From the NCBI GenBank assembly GCA_003427395.1, contig BFEA01000011.1:6973188-7023737 (forward strand): a stretch of DNA of 50,550 nucleotides. Reading direction: 5' to 3'. Each line of letters begins with the position of its first letter. Within the stretch, counting starts at the first letter, position 1. Source of the DNA: Chara braunii (taxonomy: Eukaryota; Plantae; Charophyceae). Made by a program: the position numbers and the translations under genes. Below are positions 25,476 to 38,500 of the stretch, one piece after another. The notes under the pieces are model-generated. The model ran no database searches. It was not told where the DNA came from and was given only the letters and a program-made list of their open reading frames with translations.

Positions 25476-25818
25476 CAGTCCAGTTTCATTTACACTTATT
25501 CTACTTGATGATTATGCCTCCCCAATAATCTTTGTCACAATTATGAAAATTAACAAATTTGTTGAATTGATGCATGACACACTAAAATATCATAATTATT
25601 ATTTGTATGATGTTTGTTGTTCCGAATCAAAATAAAAGATTCCTAAGACCGAAGACCGGCAAAGATTGCAATTGAAGGGTCTCACTCGAAGCTGGACGCA
25701 CGTAACAGGGAGGGATTTGCTTTATTTAATTTATTTATTTATTGAAATCATCACCAAAATTGCGTGATGTGTTATTTTTTTTGTCACCAGAAGTGGCATA
25801 GCTGAAAAAAATGCGACA
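25320..25818 (+). repeat. Direct repeat, copy 2
   Basis: See 22850-23368. Confidence 0.85.
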
Positions 25819-25849
25819 CTGCGAAAACCCCCTTTGCTACATTATACGA

Positions 25850-26380
25850 AAAACGCCCTCAGTTGGGTCACCTCTGCGATTGCAAGTGAGCAGCTTTCGC
25901 TTGTGGTTCGGTAGCTCGGCTGGGATACATCTGTCCAAAGTAGGTGACAGCCCTTTGGGCAGAGGTAAGGTGTACCTCTCCTGCCCACAGGCGGTTAACG
26001 AGTAGCTGAAAATTCAGGAATAAAAATTCTAAAGTGATAATTTTTGGCAGTCTGAAAATCTCGAATGAGCCTGAAGTGGTGAAAGGTTCGAAGACCTTGA
26101 AAACCACTTGTTTAGGCAGGCTGCATCCTGAAGTGGTGAAGGGAGAGTTTTGGGCAGTCTGAAAATCATGAATGGTCCTAAAGTGGTGAAAGGTCCGAAG
26201 ACCCTGAAAACCACATGTTTAGGCATGCTGCATCATTAAGTGGTGAAGGGTGTCCTGAAGTGGTGAAAGGTTCGAAGACCCTGAAAACCACCTGTTTAGA
26301 TGAAAGCCCTATGCGAAAAAGTCATGCACACTGCGTGACGTGGTCGGGAGGGTTCCCCTGCGGGGTCGATGCGGTCGACA
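25850..26380 (+). repeat. A-box module interrupted by element S
   Basis: 5' part at 25850-25980 (aaacgccctc...agaggtaagg). The 3' end resumes at 26333-26380 (gcgtgacgtggtcgggagg...gtcgatgcggtcgaca; compare 39074-39138). Confidence 0.8.
25985..26305 (+). repeat. Element S, copy 1: array of 57-bp and ~50-bp subunits built on CCTGAAGTGGTGAA
   Basis: Begins ccacaggcggttaacgagtagctgaaaattc. Repeated cctgaagtggtgaaaggt(t/c)cgaagacc(c/t)tgaaaaccac. Confidence 0.9.
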
Positions 26381-26624
26381 ACGTAGCGGAGGCCGAAAGG
26401 TGCGGAATAGGTTTGGACGGAGTCGGACGTACGGTTTTTGACTCGGTTGACGTATTTCCGCAAGGGAAAAAATCAAGAGCGGACCTCGACTCGGTAAAAA
26501 AATCCTCCGCAAACTTATCTCTTACTAACCTCGACATTGATACAAGTCTTCGAGGTTAGTTTTAGTCAGGTTCAACAACTCGGACGGTATGACCTTCATT
26601 CCATGTATGGGTTCAAGGACGACG

Positions 26625-29600
26625 AGTTATGGTCGTGCTATCAAGCGCATCGACTCCCGCCTGTTTCGCAAAAGACGAGAGTCCTCCCGACCATGTTACG
26701 TATGAGTAAAAGCAAAGCAAGAGACAACTAGAAGACGACACATAAATAATCCCGCTAACCTTCGAGACGGCACGGTCGTATCGTCCCTTAGCCGGTTTAG
26801 CCGGGTGCGTTAGCCGTACTTCCCTCGGTCCCCTACAACAGAATAGGTTCCCGCGGGGCACAGCTTGCCTTCCCTAAGGAGCTCCCATCACCCTTAAGGG
26901 TGTATCCCTACCGAGCTACTGACCCTGCAAAAGTTTTTAGATGCAATCGCAGAGATGAGTCAGCCAAGCGGGTTTGCTCGTTCGCCATAGTATAGGTGTG
27001 CTTAATTAGAACGTCATATGAAACTAAATGTCGTCCGCTTCCTAGGGTGCTAATCTCCTAGGTAGAGAGTGTACATCTGTCGATTACTAGGACGCCTCAA
27101 CGAAGCGTGAAAACCACAGGTAACCCTAGTCCCTTTGCATATAACTTAGAAAAAATATTATTGCCATATTCGAACCTAACTCCATTAGACCGGATCGACC
27201 GTACCCGATAAAGCACCATCCGTAGTAAAAGATAAATTGCACCACAATTGGGTAGTTGCAGATCCATTTCGATGAGAGAATCGAAAGGATAAATATAAAT
27301 CTTCAAATATCACAAGATAAAACACAAATCAAAATGATGTCGGATAAACCCCACAGACTCACACACGACAAATCGAGTCAAAACGAGGTTTAACATTTTA
27401 AAACAATTGACAAGGTAGTCGAACTATCTTCGTTTTGACTTGATGAGCCAAACCCATTCATTCCCTCCTACCGTCGACCTAAGATTAACATCCACTCATG
27501 TCACCATGTATGAACAGTCTTCTAGGATGACAAACTATTTAGCGGATGATTCTTGATCAGGTGGGTTACTCGAAGTGCTACATATCCGACAAAGATCTTC
27601 TTATTGAGCCACTTTTCTCGGTACTGAAGGTTCGCAAATATTTTTGCCTTTGTGCAAGGGGAATTGTTGTTTGATCGATCCACCTCTGGTCCTTTTTTCT
27701 TGTGATGCAAAGCTCATCCACACAGGTGACGCTTACGTGCGTCCACTTCAGACTAATGTCCCACTAGACTGGGCCTCTCGTGGCACTAGGTTTTTAACCT
27801 CCGTAACTCATAAGACGACCATTGGAAAGGTTGTTAAAGCTTCACTCTGCACTAGATTTTAAGAAGATTAAAACCTCCCCTCAGTAGACACACACCCAAC
27901 CTTGTAGGAAGTGGTCTAGGGCACTCCTCCTCCTTGCCGGAGCACAAGACTCGAGTCTCATAAGTTGGGTCGTCTCCACCGAATCGGCGAAGTACGCCCC
28001 GTAAGAATGGTCCACTCTAGGTCAATAACAGGGCCGACGCCTAAAGCAACGAACTCCTACCCAAATGCTTCCTAGAGAGAGGGAATATATCTACCGCAAG
28101 TAGACTTCAAATATTTTCTTCCTCCCTTGCCCAATGTAACTTAAACGAAAGGAAATAGAGGAAGTAGAGGATGATAATCGTTTGGACAGGTATAGGTAGA
28201 TACGGTTATTCAGGATAGAACAGGTAAACCTTAGGAGAAAGTTATATTCATGTTAACTTTCTTAACTTATTACTGTTATGTTCGTTTTCTCGAAAACTTG
28301 TAATGCAACTCACATTAAGTTTATTTGTTCACAGTAAACATACAAGCAGAAAAATCAAATGAAAACTACAATTATTAAAATACCGAGTCAAAGCAGACAA
28401 TTTTCCTTTTTTATTCCATCAGTTTTCCCTTACATGCGCATTGCGTTCAACCAACAACAAAAAAAATCCACAATCCACATCGAGGTCAAACTTTTTCATT
28501 CACATAGGGAAACACGTTTCCTTTGCCTTTTATAGAACATTCACTGAACAGGGTCAAGCAAGTGTGGGTTCACACGGGTGTGAAGGGAGTCGGAGTCAAA
28601 AACTAACCTTGAGTAAAATACAGACTGACTCACTCAAAAAAGTCAGATATCCCAATCAAGTAAAAGTCAGATATCCCAATCGAGTAAAAGTCAGATATCC
28701 TAACCAACTCGTCTGACCACAAAGACGATCCATCATTCTCCCTCAGCAACCAAACCTCAGTGAAGCGAACTCAAATGGGATAACCCTCGAGGAGGGCAGT
28801 CCCATAGTAAGCCCCACGTGGTCCCAATTGCACCACTAAGATCTAAAGGTTATTTCAGGTTCACCACCAATCCCAAACAGCTCGTCAAAAATATTAAGAT
28901 CTTGATCAAAACCACCCTTGAAAACCATAAAACTCGGGCCCAGGGATAATCTTGGTCCATTGGACGCTCGACACCACCTCCTCCAGACCACCTCGGCTCA
29001 CTCAAACGGTCGTCGCTGCACTTGTACCATCCCCGAAAAAATAAACAACACCTCTACCGTATGTCGTGTCGTAGCCCACCACCGCGTCGCACCGCTTAAA
29101 GCAATCATCTTGCCGTCAAACAGACAACATCTCTCCTTAAAATAGTGTTGTCGTCGTGCCGAAAATCTGGTAGCACCTTCCCTCATAAAGGCCTTGATGT
29201 CGCGGCAGCAATCAAGCAACACTCGGTATCAAAACTTCGTCGTTGACGCGCCGACAATCTGGCAACATAACCCCCACCGCAAATAATGGTCACTGTCGCA
29301 CCAAAATTCCGGCAGCATGACCCTCTTTAATCGGTTGTTGTACTGGCAAAAAAAATCAGCAACATCTCCCCCCGATGTTGCGGGCGCGGACTATGGCTAT
29401 GACTGCTTGCTATAGTTATAGCCACCCAACTCCACCTTCAACCTTCGTGCAAACCTCCATCTCTATCAGCCACTCCAATTCCAGGATAGTACTAAGGCAG
29501 AGCCTCTCTAGCCTTAGCTATCGTTGGTCTGTTCCCCCTTCAACGATTCCCGTTTCAACCTTGCAGACCACTAGCAGTTCCACCAGTAGCTTGTCCCTCA

Positions 29601-30780
29601 ACACTGCAGACCTCCAACGCTCCTTTCCACCGTCTCATCAGTACCTCAAACTCCTTGAGGCCAAGTACCCCACCTCAAGGGTTACCGTATAACCATAGCC
29701 TTGTGCTATGTCAAGCCACCGCTTCAGTGTGCCTTGCTTGAGTTCAGCCCCTTCTAATATAGCCATGGACTTGGGTACCCTCACGTCATTTGAGTTATGG
29801 GTTCATGCATCCAGTTTCAGCTACTAAGTCCCGAATTCACTGCTCGGATTTCACTTATCATCTTCTCTTTCACCCTCTGTTGAAATCACGGAGCAAATGT
29901 TGTCACCTCATGTTGTGACCATAACTTCTATACCCCGATTTTGTCTGCCTCGTTCGGCATATATACACATTCCTCTGCAGCCCATGCATCCCATGATGAG
30001 GGTCCCGAAATGTCACATTTGCCTCTGAAATCAAGGTTCTAGAGCAGCCTCTCATTCAAAAATGGAGGCCGGCTCACTCCCCATGGGTTTGGGCCCAAGC
30101 AACCCCTCACAGGGCTTCAATACAAGACGGATAAGCCAAACCCTCTACTATCTTGAGAGCTGCCGATTTAGAGGCTTCATTCCCTTGAAGCCTCAGTTTG
30201 CTATTGGAGGCAACTAGCACAGCCAGACCTTAAAAAGGTTTGAGTTGCACTACCTCACTGTGGTTATGGGTTGAAAAATTCGCATCCGTGACCTTCTCCA
30301 CTCGTTGCTTTTGACAAATCTCTCCCACATTAAAAATGAGTAACCAAATAGCTGCAGCTAAGTTTTGGACAGCCATTGGCTGCCTTTTTTCTGTTTGGTG
30401 CCCGTTCTGAGGAGTGTCAGCTCAGTGCCAAGGTTGAGGGGGAAGAATAACTCGTGATAATCACGACTTCAAATCCCGACAGTCCCAAAGCGGGGTGCAA
30501 AAAGTACACCGACTTTGGCGATTTTTAAATAAAAATTTGTTAAATAAAAAAATATGAAAACAATCATGTGTGTGGCGAAGCTGCTCACCTGCTCAGATAA
30601 AACTTTTCAGAGATGAAAACAATCAGTTATGCCACCAAACAAATATCGGCGCAAATTGCCAAATACTAGTTTTCACAAAATTTTGATCCCGTTTTCCGTT
30701 TTTTTTTTTCCTTTTTTTTTTTTATTCTTCGCCCCCTGAAAACGGGGAGAGAGTTGGCAGGTCGGAAGGAGTAGGTTTTC
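26625..30780 (-). mobile_element. Repeat family E, near-complete copy (~4.1 kb), A-box at 26625-27130
   Basis: The reverse complement aligns block by block with 35413-39145 (acctactcct.ccgacctgcca; gtactttttgcac; ~57-bp subrepeats; gttcgttgctttagg; cacctgatcaagaatcatccg; A-box). Confidence 0.88.
28637..28705 (+). repeat. 24-bp tandem repeat x3
   Basis: aaaagtcagatatcccaatc(a/g)agt repeated. Confidence 0.92.
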
Positions 30781-30802
30781 GATGACCACATGCCTTTGCG
30801 GT

Positions 30803-31168
30803 CCACAAGCGGTTAACGGGTAGCTGAAAATTCTCGAATTAAAATTCTGAAGTGAGAGTTTTTGGCAGTCTGAAAATCCCGAAGGGTCCTGCGGCGGTGA
30901 AAAGGTCTGAAGACCCTGAAAAACACCTGTTTAGACAGGCTGCATCATGAACTGGTGAAGTGAGAGTTTTTGGCAGTCTCAAAATCATGAATGGTCCTGA
31001 AGTGGTGAAAGGTCCGAAGACCCTGAAAACCACCTGTTTAGGCAGGCTGCATCCTGAAGTGGTGAAGGGTGTACTGGAGTGGTGAAAGGTCCGAAGACCC
31101 TGAAAACCACCTGTTTAGGCAGGTTGCATCCTGAAATGGTGAAGAGTGTCTTGAAGTGGTGATGAAAA
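30803..31168 (+). repeat. Element S, copy 2
   Basis: Same start (ccacaagcggttaacgggtagctgaaaattc) and same subunits as 25985-26305. Confidence 0.9.
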
Positions 31169-31378
31169 ATACGACTGTTGTTAACCTTCTTTTTTTAGGC
31201 CTCGCCAAACGCGGGGCCAGTCGGTCACACCTTAGCCTCTCCCGCAGGCTGTAGGCGTCATAACATTAGACCAAACACCTTAACCTATGGGTTGTTGGTC
31301 AGGTCTTAATAAACTTTGGCAAAGCCTCATTGTCATCAAGTCAAATCATTTAAACAAAAACCCATCAACAGTCGGACC

Positions 31379-32296
31379 ATGCCTGATATTAAAAATCTCG
31401 AGCAGATACTTTTGGAAGGGTTTTTGCTCCAACAACGCTTTGACCTTGAGATTTTATGGATTTACCTTAAGCTTGTCCTGCACTGCGACGCTCGAATGAG
31501 ACCATTTGAAAACATAGAGTTCTTCAAACGGATCCATGCCAATTGTTCCGAGCAGATGGAGAATCAGGTGTGTGGGAGAGCAGTATACTGAGATAAAGTT
31601 CGGAACCTTCGACGACTTATCGGTGCTTGATGTGATTCATTTTCTATGGACAGATGGTCGATGGTCGATGAGATTTTACTCAGGCAAGATATTTGTTATT
31701 GCATGACACTATGGACGAGGAGTTGATCCAACGAGTGGGGCGACTTCCATTAGTTCATGATGATGCGTCAACTCGATCCACTGGATTTATTGGTTTGCTC
31801 AGAGATGGACAATGATTTTTTTCGAACTCTCACGATGACGTTTATGCCAATGTGGCGCGGATCCAACGAGTGGAGCGACTTTTATTGGTTCATGACGACT
31901 CGTCAACTCGACGCACTGGATTTATTGGTTTGCTCCGAGATGGACAATGATTTTTTTTCGAACTCTCGTGCTGACGTTTATGCCAATGTGGTGCGGCTTC
32001 TTGATGAACTTCATGAATATACTATGTTTTTCCATCGCGCAAGTAACCTCCAATGTCTTTTTCATGTCATTGTGAGTGTCAAGATTACCTTATCCGGTGA
32101 CCGCTACGACATTATGCGGATTAGAAACTCCACGAAGAGGCACCTTTTTAGGATGCGTCAGCCTTTTCGTACCATAGTATGGAGGTTGGTCTCTCGAATG
32201 ACCTCCCTCTATGGCTCACAGATGGTTCAAGTTGTGCGAGAGACCCATATTTCTACTTCAAATTTTAATAACGAGGAACTCGCACGACTCGACTAG
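31379..32296 (+). pseudogene. ~305-codon single-frame ORF with four nonsense codons, derived from compressed rDNA (copy 3)
   Basis: ATG 31379 to TAG 32296 in one frame, with an in-frame 135-bp tandem duplication (31725/31860). Anchors: actgcgacgctcgaatg (18S 5'), gatggagaatcagg (18S), ccatcg-cgcaagt and catgtcattgtgagtgtca (5.8S), caagattacc and attatgcggattagaaact (LSU start), gaggtt..agatggt (LSU). Confidence 0.65.
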
Positions 32297-32669
32297 ATCG
32301 AGGCCGAGGCTCGAGAGGGTCAGAAGTTGTACTATGGCTAGACATATTCTTGCGGACTTCGTTTTCTCACGAGGCTGCTTAGGGGACCACGTTAGATTGT
32401 TCCTATATCCGAGTTGTTGTTATTGTGTTTAACTCGACTTGGTAATCTAAAAAAAAGTTAAAACAATTGTTAGATAGGACCAACCGGATGGATAGTATCC
32501 GACTTTCGTCGATGATGGTATTGTCATGCTCAAGCATTGAGGTGTAATCGAGCACGTGATGAAAGGATCACGAGCAGAAGTTTATAAATATAAATTCATT
32601 GTCACGCCTGTGGCAAAACATTGTAATAGCACAGTAAAAATTATATGACATAAGGATTCTTTACAAGAC

Positions 32670-33600
32670 GTGCAACACTTCACGAATTGCATTTGGTCAA
32701 GAATCATCCGCAAAGCAACATATCATCCAATAAGATTAGAAACGTATGGGGACGGGTATGCGCGTGTCTAATCTTAGGCCGGTCGTAGGATGGAATGAAT
32801 AACTTAGGCAGCGCATCTCATCGAGTCAAAATAGGGGAAGTTTAACTACCTTGTCGGATGCGTAGAGGTTATTGTCAAAACAAATTTTTCGTTGGTGGTT
32901 CAATATGATTTTTTTTTTATCGAGTTCAATCCGGGGTGGTTTGGTTTTTATTTCGATCTTGCATTATTAGTTCTACTATATGGTGCTTAATTTTTTTCAG
33001 TTATCGTTTTAACTTATTTTGAATTGTATATACATGTTTATCGATTACGATCAATTCGTTTTGATATAATTGTATGCGGTCATTATTACGTTTTTTTTGC
33101 TAGTGTTTAGGAATAGGGTTGAGCTACGGGTTTTACGCTTGGTTAAAACCGTTCTAATTGACCGACATTTGTTTCGTACCTAGGAGATAAGCGTCCTAGG
33201 GAACGGATGACGTATGAGTTCAAATGACGTTTTAACCGAGCGTACCTATACTGCAGCGAACGACTAAACGCCCTCGACATACCTACCTCTTCGATTGCAT
33301 ATAAAAGTTTTCCCATGTGGACCAGTAGCTCGGTAGGGATACGCCCCTAAGTATAGTGACAACCCCTTAGGGAGGGTAAGTTTTGCCCCGCGGGACTCTA
33401 TCCTGTTGTAGGGGACCACGGGAAGCACGACTGGCGCACTCGGCTAGAGCGGCGAAGTGACATTGCAACCCCGCCCATTTCGGCGGTCCGCGAAATTATT
33501 CAAGCATCGTCCCGAGATGTCTGTTGTTTTGTTTTTCTTTAACTCCTACTTGATATGACTAGGAGGAATCTTGCCTTTTTCGAAAAAGGAGGGAGTTGAT
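32670..33600 (+). mobile_element. 3' part of repeat family E including A-box (33100-33600)
   Basis: caagaatcatccgcaaagca, ctaatcttagg, ggaatgaataactt and cagcgcatctcatc are shared with 38270-38395. cagtagctcggtagggatacgcccctaag matches 38862 onward with one mismatch. Confidence 0.9.
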
Positions 33601-34259
33601 TCATTCGACAGCGGAACATAACAACGAACACCACTTGAATGCACTGTAGTATCTGTCTGTCGCTGTTCAACACAAAAACAATAATTGCACGAAGTATAGC
33701 AGCAACAACCGTAATCTTGAGTAAAACTGACAGTAATAACCTAAAACAATGGTCTGAGAGCGTATAAGTCAAAACCCCAATAACAGGCTTAAGAATAACA
33801 ATAGTGCTGCTTGACGAAAATCATCAGTCGAATCTAAGAAAACCAACACCTCAAATATGGTATTTGCTACTATCGAGGGAAATAACTTTTTGCCCATGTT
33901 GCCCATTGCTACAGCAATAAACTGCGTTTTCGTAAAAATTGAGTTTTTTTTTCGTTTTGCAATTCGTACTCGAGAGACCTCAAGAGGTCATTTGACATGT
34001 TCGATGAGGGCCATATTTTGGGATGAGTGGTAGTCTCATGGATGATTACTCATCCCAAAAAATGACCCTTACCGGACAGGACAAACGACTTTTTTATGAC
34101 ACTTAAGTACAAATTGCGAAATAGAAAAAAACTTGATTTTAACAAAAATGCAGTTAATAACAATCTAAAGGTTGCAGCAGCATCGACAGTCTCTTCCATA
34201 AAGCACGAGGGCACACCCAAAAGAAAACACAATGACAATACTTGAGATCGCAACAATAA

Positions 34260-34570
34260 TTAATGCTCAATAACACGGACAAGAGTATTTGCTGCGAATT
34301 TTAAACGTCGGACGTTGTCTGACTATTTCGTTGAATTGAAGGACTTGATGAGACTGACATTGTCAAAAGTTTGTTCAGACTAAGCCTATGACCAAGAGAT
34401 TGAAACTTTTATGAACTATAGTTCGGATGCTTGTGTCGTCCGAAGATGATGGCGGTAGTCAACAGTTTTGTCGAGGCCGCAGAGACATGCAAACATGAAA
34501 ATGCTAGAACCAGACCTATTCTACCTAAGCAGCCGCGCCAGGGATGCGGGGATGGTGAGAAGGACTAACA
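34260..34570 (+). repeat. Dispersed repeat shared with about 8480-8800
   Basis: gacttgatgagactgac...aag...ttcagact.a...atgac occurs in both. Confidence 0.75.
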
Positions 34571-35154
34571 CAGCCAGAGGGTCGTGTCTTTTCTAAAAGG
34601 GCGGACATCAGGGTTCCGAAGGCAAACCCACGATGAAAAGGGTGGATTGTCGGGCCTACCAGACCTAGCCAGCCGGCTCGATGGCGGGGCGGCCTACCTT
34701 TGGAGGGGATAGGCAGACTGCATCAGCCTACCCCAGAAAGTAGGCGGCCTACTGGGCCTCAACCCTTCAAATAGAATAGTGGCAGGCATAACTTTTGTGA
34801 TAGGAGCTAGCCCAGTAAGTATCGCATTCAACTTTCACCCAACAGATGATGGGATCGAGCCCGACGATGTCTTGTCTGGGTTTGCTCCTTTTTGGAGCTG
34901 CCCACCATATAGCCTTGAAGCGCGGTCATTTTTTATCGCGAGATCGTCAGATCTCACAACCGAAACGGCCGCGCGACTGCAAGCACAGCCCCTACTCAAC
35001 GATGACACGCATAAATCAAGAAATAGTCCAAAATTTGTTTTTCGATCCCCATGGCGATCGAACTTGGATCCGCGCCTTGAAAGGAACAGGGGGAGAAACG
35101 CCAGCGAGACGTGGTATTGACACAGTGGCCGTTGGCTTAGCTTATGCCAACGAC

Positions 35155-35199
<45 letters not shown>

Positions 35200-35412
35200 C
35201 GAAAACGAGGCAACGGCCTCGTAGGAACAAAAGGCAGAAGAACAGTCTTTTCAGGCTGTGTGGGAACATGTTTAGCTCCTCACTCAGAAGGCACGAACAT
35301 TCGTGACCGCGAGATCTTAAATCTCGCGGCTCACAACACACGAGTGAAGAAGGAACTGTAGGAGTTGAGTGGAGAGGGAGAAAGAGAGAAATGGAAGGAT
35401 GAGAGCGAGGAG

Positions 35413-35469
35413 GACCTACTCCTCCCGACCTGCCAGTTGCCTCCCAGTTGTCAGGAGGGAAAGAAGAAG

Positions 35470-35518
<49 letters not shown>

Positions 35519-38500
35519 GAGAAAACAGGAACAAATTTTATAAAAATCGGTATTTTTTTTAATTGCGCTAATATTTTTTTGGTGGCGTAAACCAATTTTG
35601 TCAGCCTTGAATTTTTTTTCTGTAGGTAGCTAGACACCTAGGTCATACGAGTGAATGTTTTCATATTTTGTTATTGGGCGAATGTTTTTTTTTAAATCAT
35701 CAAAGACGGGGTACTTTTTGCACTCCGGGCTGAGTCTGTTGGGATTTAAACTCATGAATTTTCACGAGTTGTTTCCCTACCTCTCCCAACCTGACAACTA
35801 CCTTTCCCGTTTTCAGGAGAGGGCAAAAGAAATGCAAGGAGAGGACAACAACAGCCACAACCACGAACGTGGCCGCGACCGTGCTTCAAGTACAGACTAA
35901 TCAGACCAAACCTGTAACTTGAAGGGACGAGGGGGAAAGTGGTTGTACACAACCACTTTTGTGACGTACCTGCACTTGATAACGTGTTGGGTACAGGAAA
36001 AAAAAGGAAAGAGGCAGTTGAGGGTAACTGTCTCCCTAAGTGTGTGGATGAGGTGCGAGAACCTTACACCCTTGATCGTGTTGAGATCAAGGGCCCCAGG
36101 CAAGTGACGAATTTTACCTGGCGGCAATTGAGGCTGCTGCTGCCCTTCTCAGCCACTATAAAAGAGGCAGTTGTCCTCCAGCTGCCTCACAATTGCCTCC
36201 AGCAACCAGTGTGCGACATCACACTTGCCTCATTGCTGGTGTGCTGGAGAGGAGGCAAGAGTGTTGCAGACGGAGCTGGAGGACGGCAATGGAGTGAGGC
36301 GAGGAGGAGGAGACAACCATAGCTTGGCTGGAGCACTCCGCTTCATCCAATGGCTGGCTAGTCTAGGGGGATTTACAGCAGCGCAGCGAGGAGCGGTCGT
36401 GAGATGCGACAGGGGGCGACGACGACGCTGCGGCGCTGGGAAGGTGTTGTGGCACGGCGTCATGGGGAGGTGTTGCACGAGCGGTGCGGCGTTGATGGCA
36501 GCCATTTTTCTTACGTGTTAGGGAGGTACTGTCCGGGTGACGTGGCGTCGACGGCGGCTATTGCGGTAGTGCAGGGAAGTATTGCCGGACTTGTGGCACG
36601 GCGACACTTGATTTTTTTTTTTGGCAGGGAAGTGCTGTCGGATTTGCGGCACGGCGGCACTTGATTTTTCTTTTGGCAGGGAAGTGCTACCGGATTTGCG
36701 GCGCGGCGGCACTTGATTTGTTTTTGGCAGGGAAGTGCTGCCGGACTTGTGGCGCGACGACAATTTATTTTTCTTTTGGCGCGGAAGTGTTGGCGGATTG
36801 GTGGTGCGACAACAATTGTTTTTTTTTCTTTGGTGTGGAAATGCTATTGGACTAGCGACATAGCAACAGGGATTTGTCGCATGGCAGCGACGGAGTTTTT
36901 TTTCTACGGCGCGGTGTCTGTTTTGTTTGATGAGGTTGTGCTACCAGAGTTGGAGTGTGAAGCGGCGGCGGCAACGTGACGTGGTGGCAGTTGGCGCGTG
37001 CGACACTATGAAATCTGCGTCAGGACCGAATGTTGGGGGTTGGGACTGCCTCGGCTCTTGTGGCAGTGGTACCGGACCATTTGGGACTGCCTAGGACCAG
37101 TTGGGACTGGCGCGTGGCGTATGCGGTCACAGCGACAGTCTCAAGACTGGTTGGGTTTAGTAGGACTCGGGTATTTTTTTAGGAGTGAGGCGTGAAGTTA
37201 TTGTGGTTAAAGGTCTTTTGACAAGGTGGTTGGTGGCGTAGGACCATCTGGGACCACTTGGGACCAGTTGGGACAAACGTGGGAGCAGTTGGGACTGTCT
37301 TGGAACCAACATTTTTTTGGGGACTCGTGCGACTTGCCGCCATCGAAACTGGGACTACCACGTGTGAGACTTGCGAGTCGGGAACAGATTGGGACAAGCA
37401 GTTGGCTTGAGACTTGCCGTCGGACTGCAGTTTTCTTTGACGACAAATATATTATTTCTTGGCCTTCTTGAGTGAGCCAGGGCGCGTTCGGCACCACTTC
37501 ACTCAAGGGCAGTCAGTTGATTGACTCAAATTCCTTTTCACACATGTGTGAGCCCACATTTTGCTTGACTCTGTTTGTTTTGCATGTTCAAAGGAAAAGG
37601 TTGAGTAAAACGTATGCGGTCATGAATGTGAAAAGTGGGATATGACGGGAGTATGGGTTGCTGGATTTTTTGGACCTGTTGGTTGTTTTTGTGCGTGCAG
37701 GCAGGCAGAAGGATGCTTGCCAAGGAGAATGGTTAATGCCTTATCGAGATGAGAAAAAAAATTGTTCTCTTTATACCTTTCGTCTACCTACTTATTTAAA
37801 GGACTTGTTCAAGTTGTTCTGGAAAATAAGAATCTAGTGCATGTTGTAAAATGAATCCGATTGAAATAAAGCAGATAAGGTCAAATAAAATTAGTTTTTT
37901 CCTGAGGATTACTCGTTTTATCCTGAATGATCTTACCTACATGTACCTGTCAAATGATTCTCATTCTTTATCTCCTCTGTTTTGTTTTCATCCAAGTTAC
38001 CATGAACTTAGGAGAGATAAGAATAATTGAAAGCTACTTGCAACGGATACATCCCCTCTCTTAAGGAAGCATCAGGGGTTAGTGTTCGTTGCTTTAGGAG
38101 CTGACCCTGTTTATCGATCCATAGTGGACCATTCTACAGGGGTGTACTTTGCCGATTCGATGAAAACGGTCCGACTTTTGAGATCCGAGTTTTGTGTTCG
38201 GCCGAGGAGGAGTACCCCAGACCACTTCCTAGAGCGAGAGACATGTAACACTTCAAGCAATGCACCTGATCAAGAATCATCCGCAAAGCAGTCTGTCATC
38301 CAAAAAGATTGGGAAGGTGTGGAGATGGGTTTATCCGTACCTAATCTTAGGTCGGCGTTAGGTGGAATGAATAACTTTGTCAGCGCATCTCATCAAGTAA
38401 AAAATAAGGTTTTCCGACTACCGTGTCTGCTGCATTTATGTTATTGTCGAAAGTCAATTCCTCCTTGGCGATTGTATGATTTTTGTGGAGTTTGACCCAC

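Noticed and set aside
23168-25818. TRIM/LTR element with TG...CA 200-bp LTRs
   Set aside because: Similarity between the repeats continues ~300 bp upstream of the TG, and no TSD, PBS or PPT was found.
26070-26300. Hammerhead ribozyme in element S (ctgaagtg…gaaa)
   Set aside because: The core is CTGAAGT rather than CTGANGA, and the required stems were not found.
34609-34767. Small hAT-like MITE (cagggtt…aaccctt, GCCTAC subrepeats)
   Set aside because: TIR is imperfect and there is no TSD; too weak to call.
35040-35115. tRNA-Glu(TTC)-like or SINE head on the - strand (cctttcaagg; gttcgatc)
   Set aside because: Only anticodon-loop and B-box resemblance; no D-arm or acceptor stem could be built.
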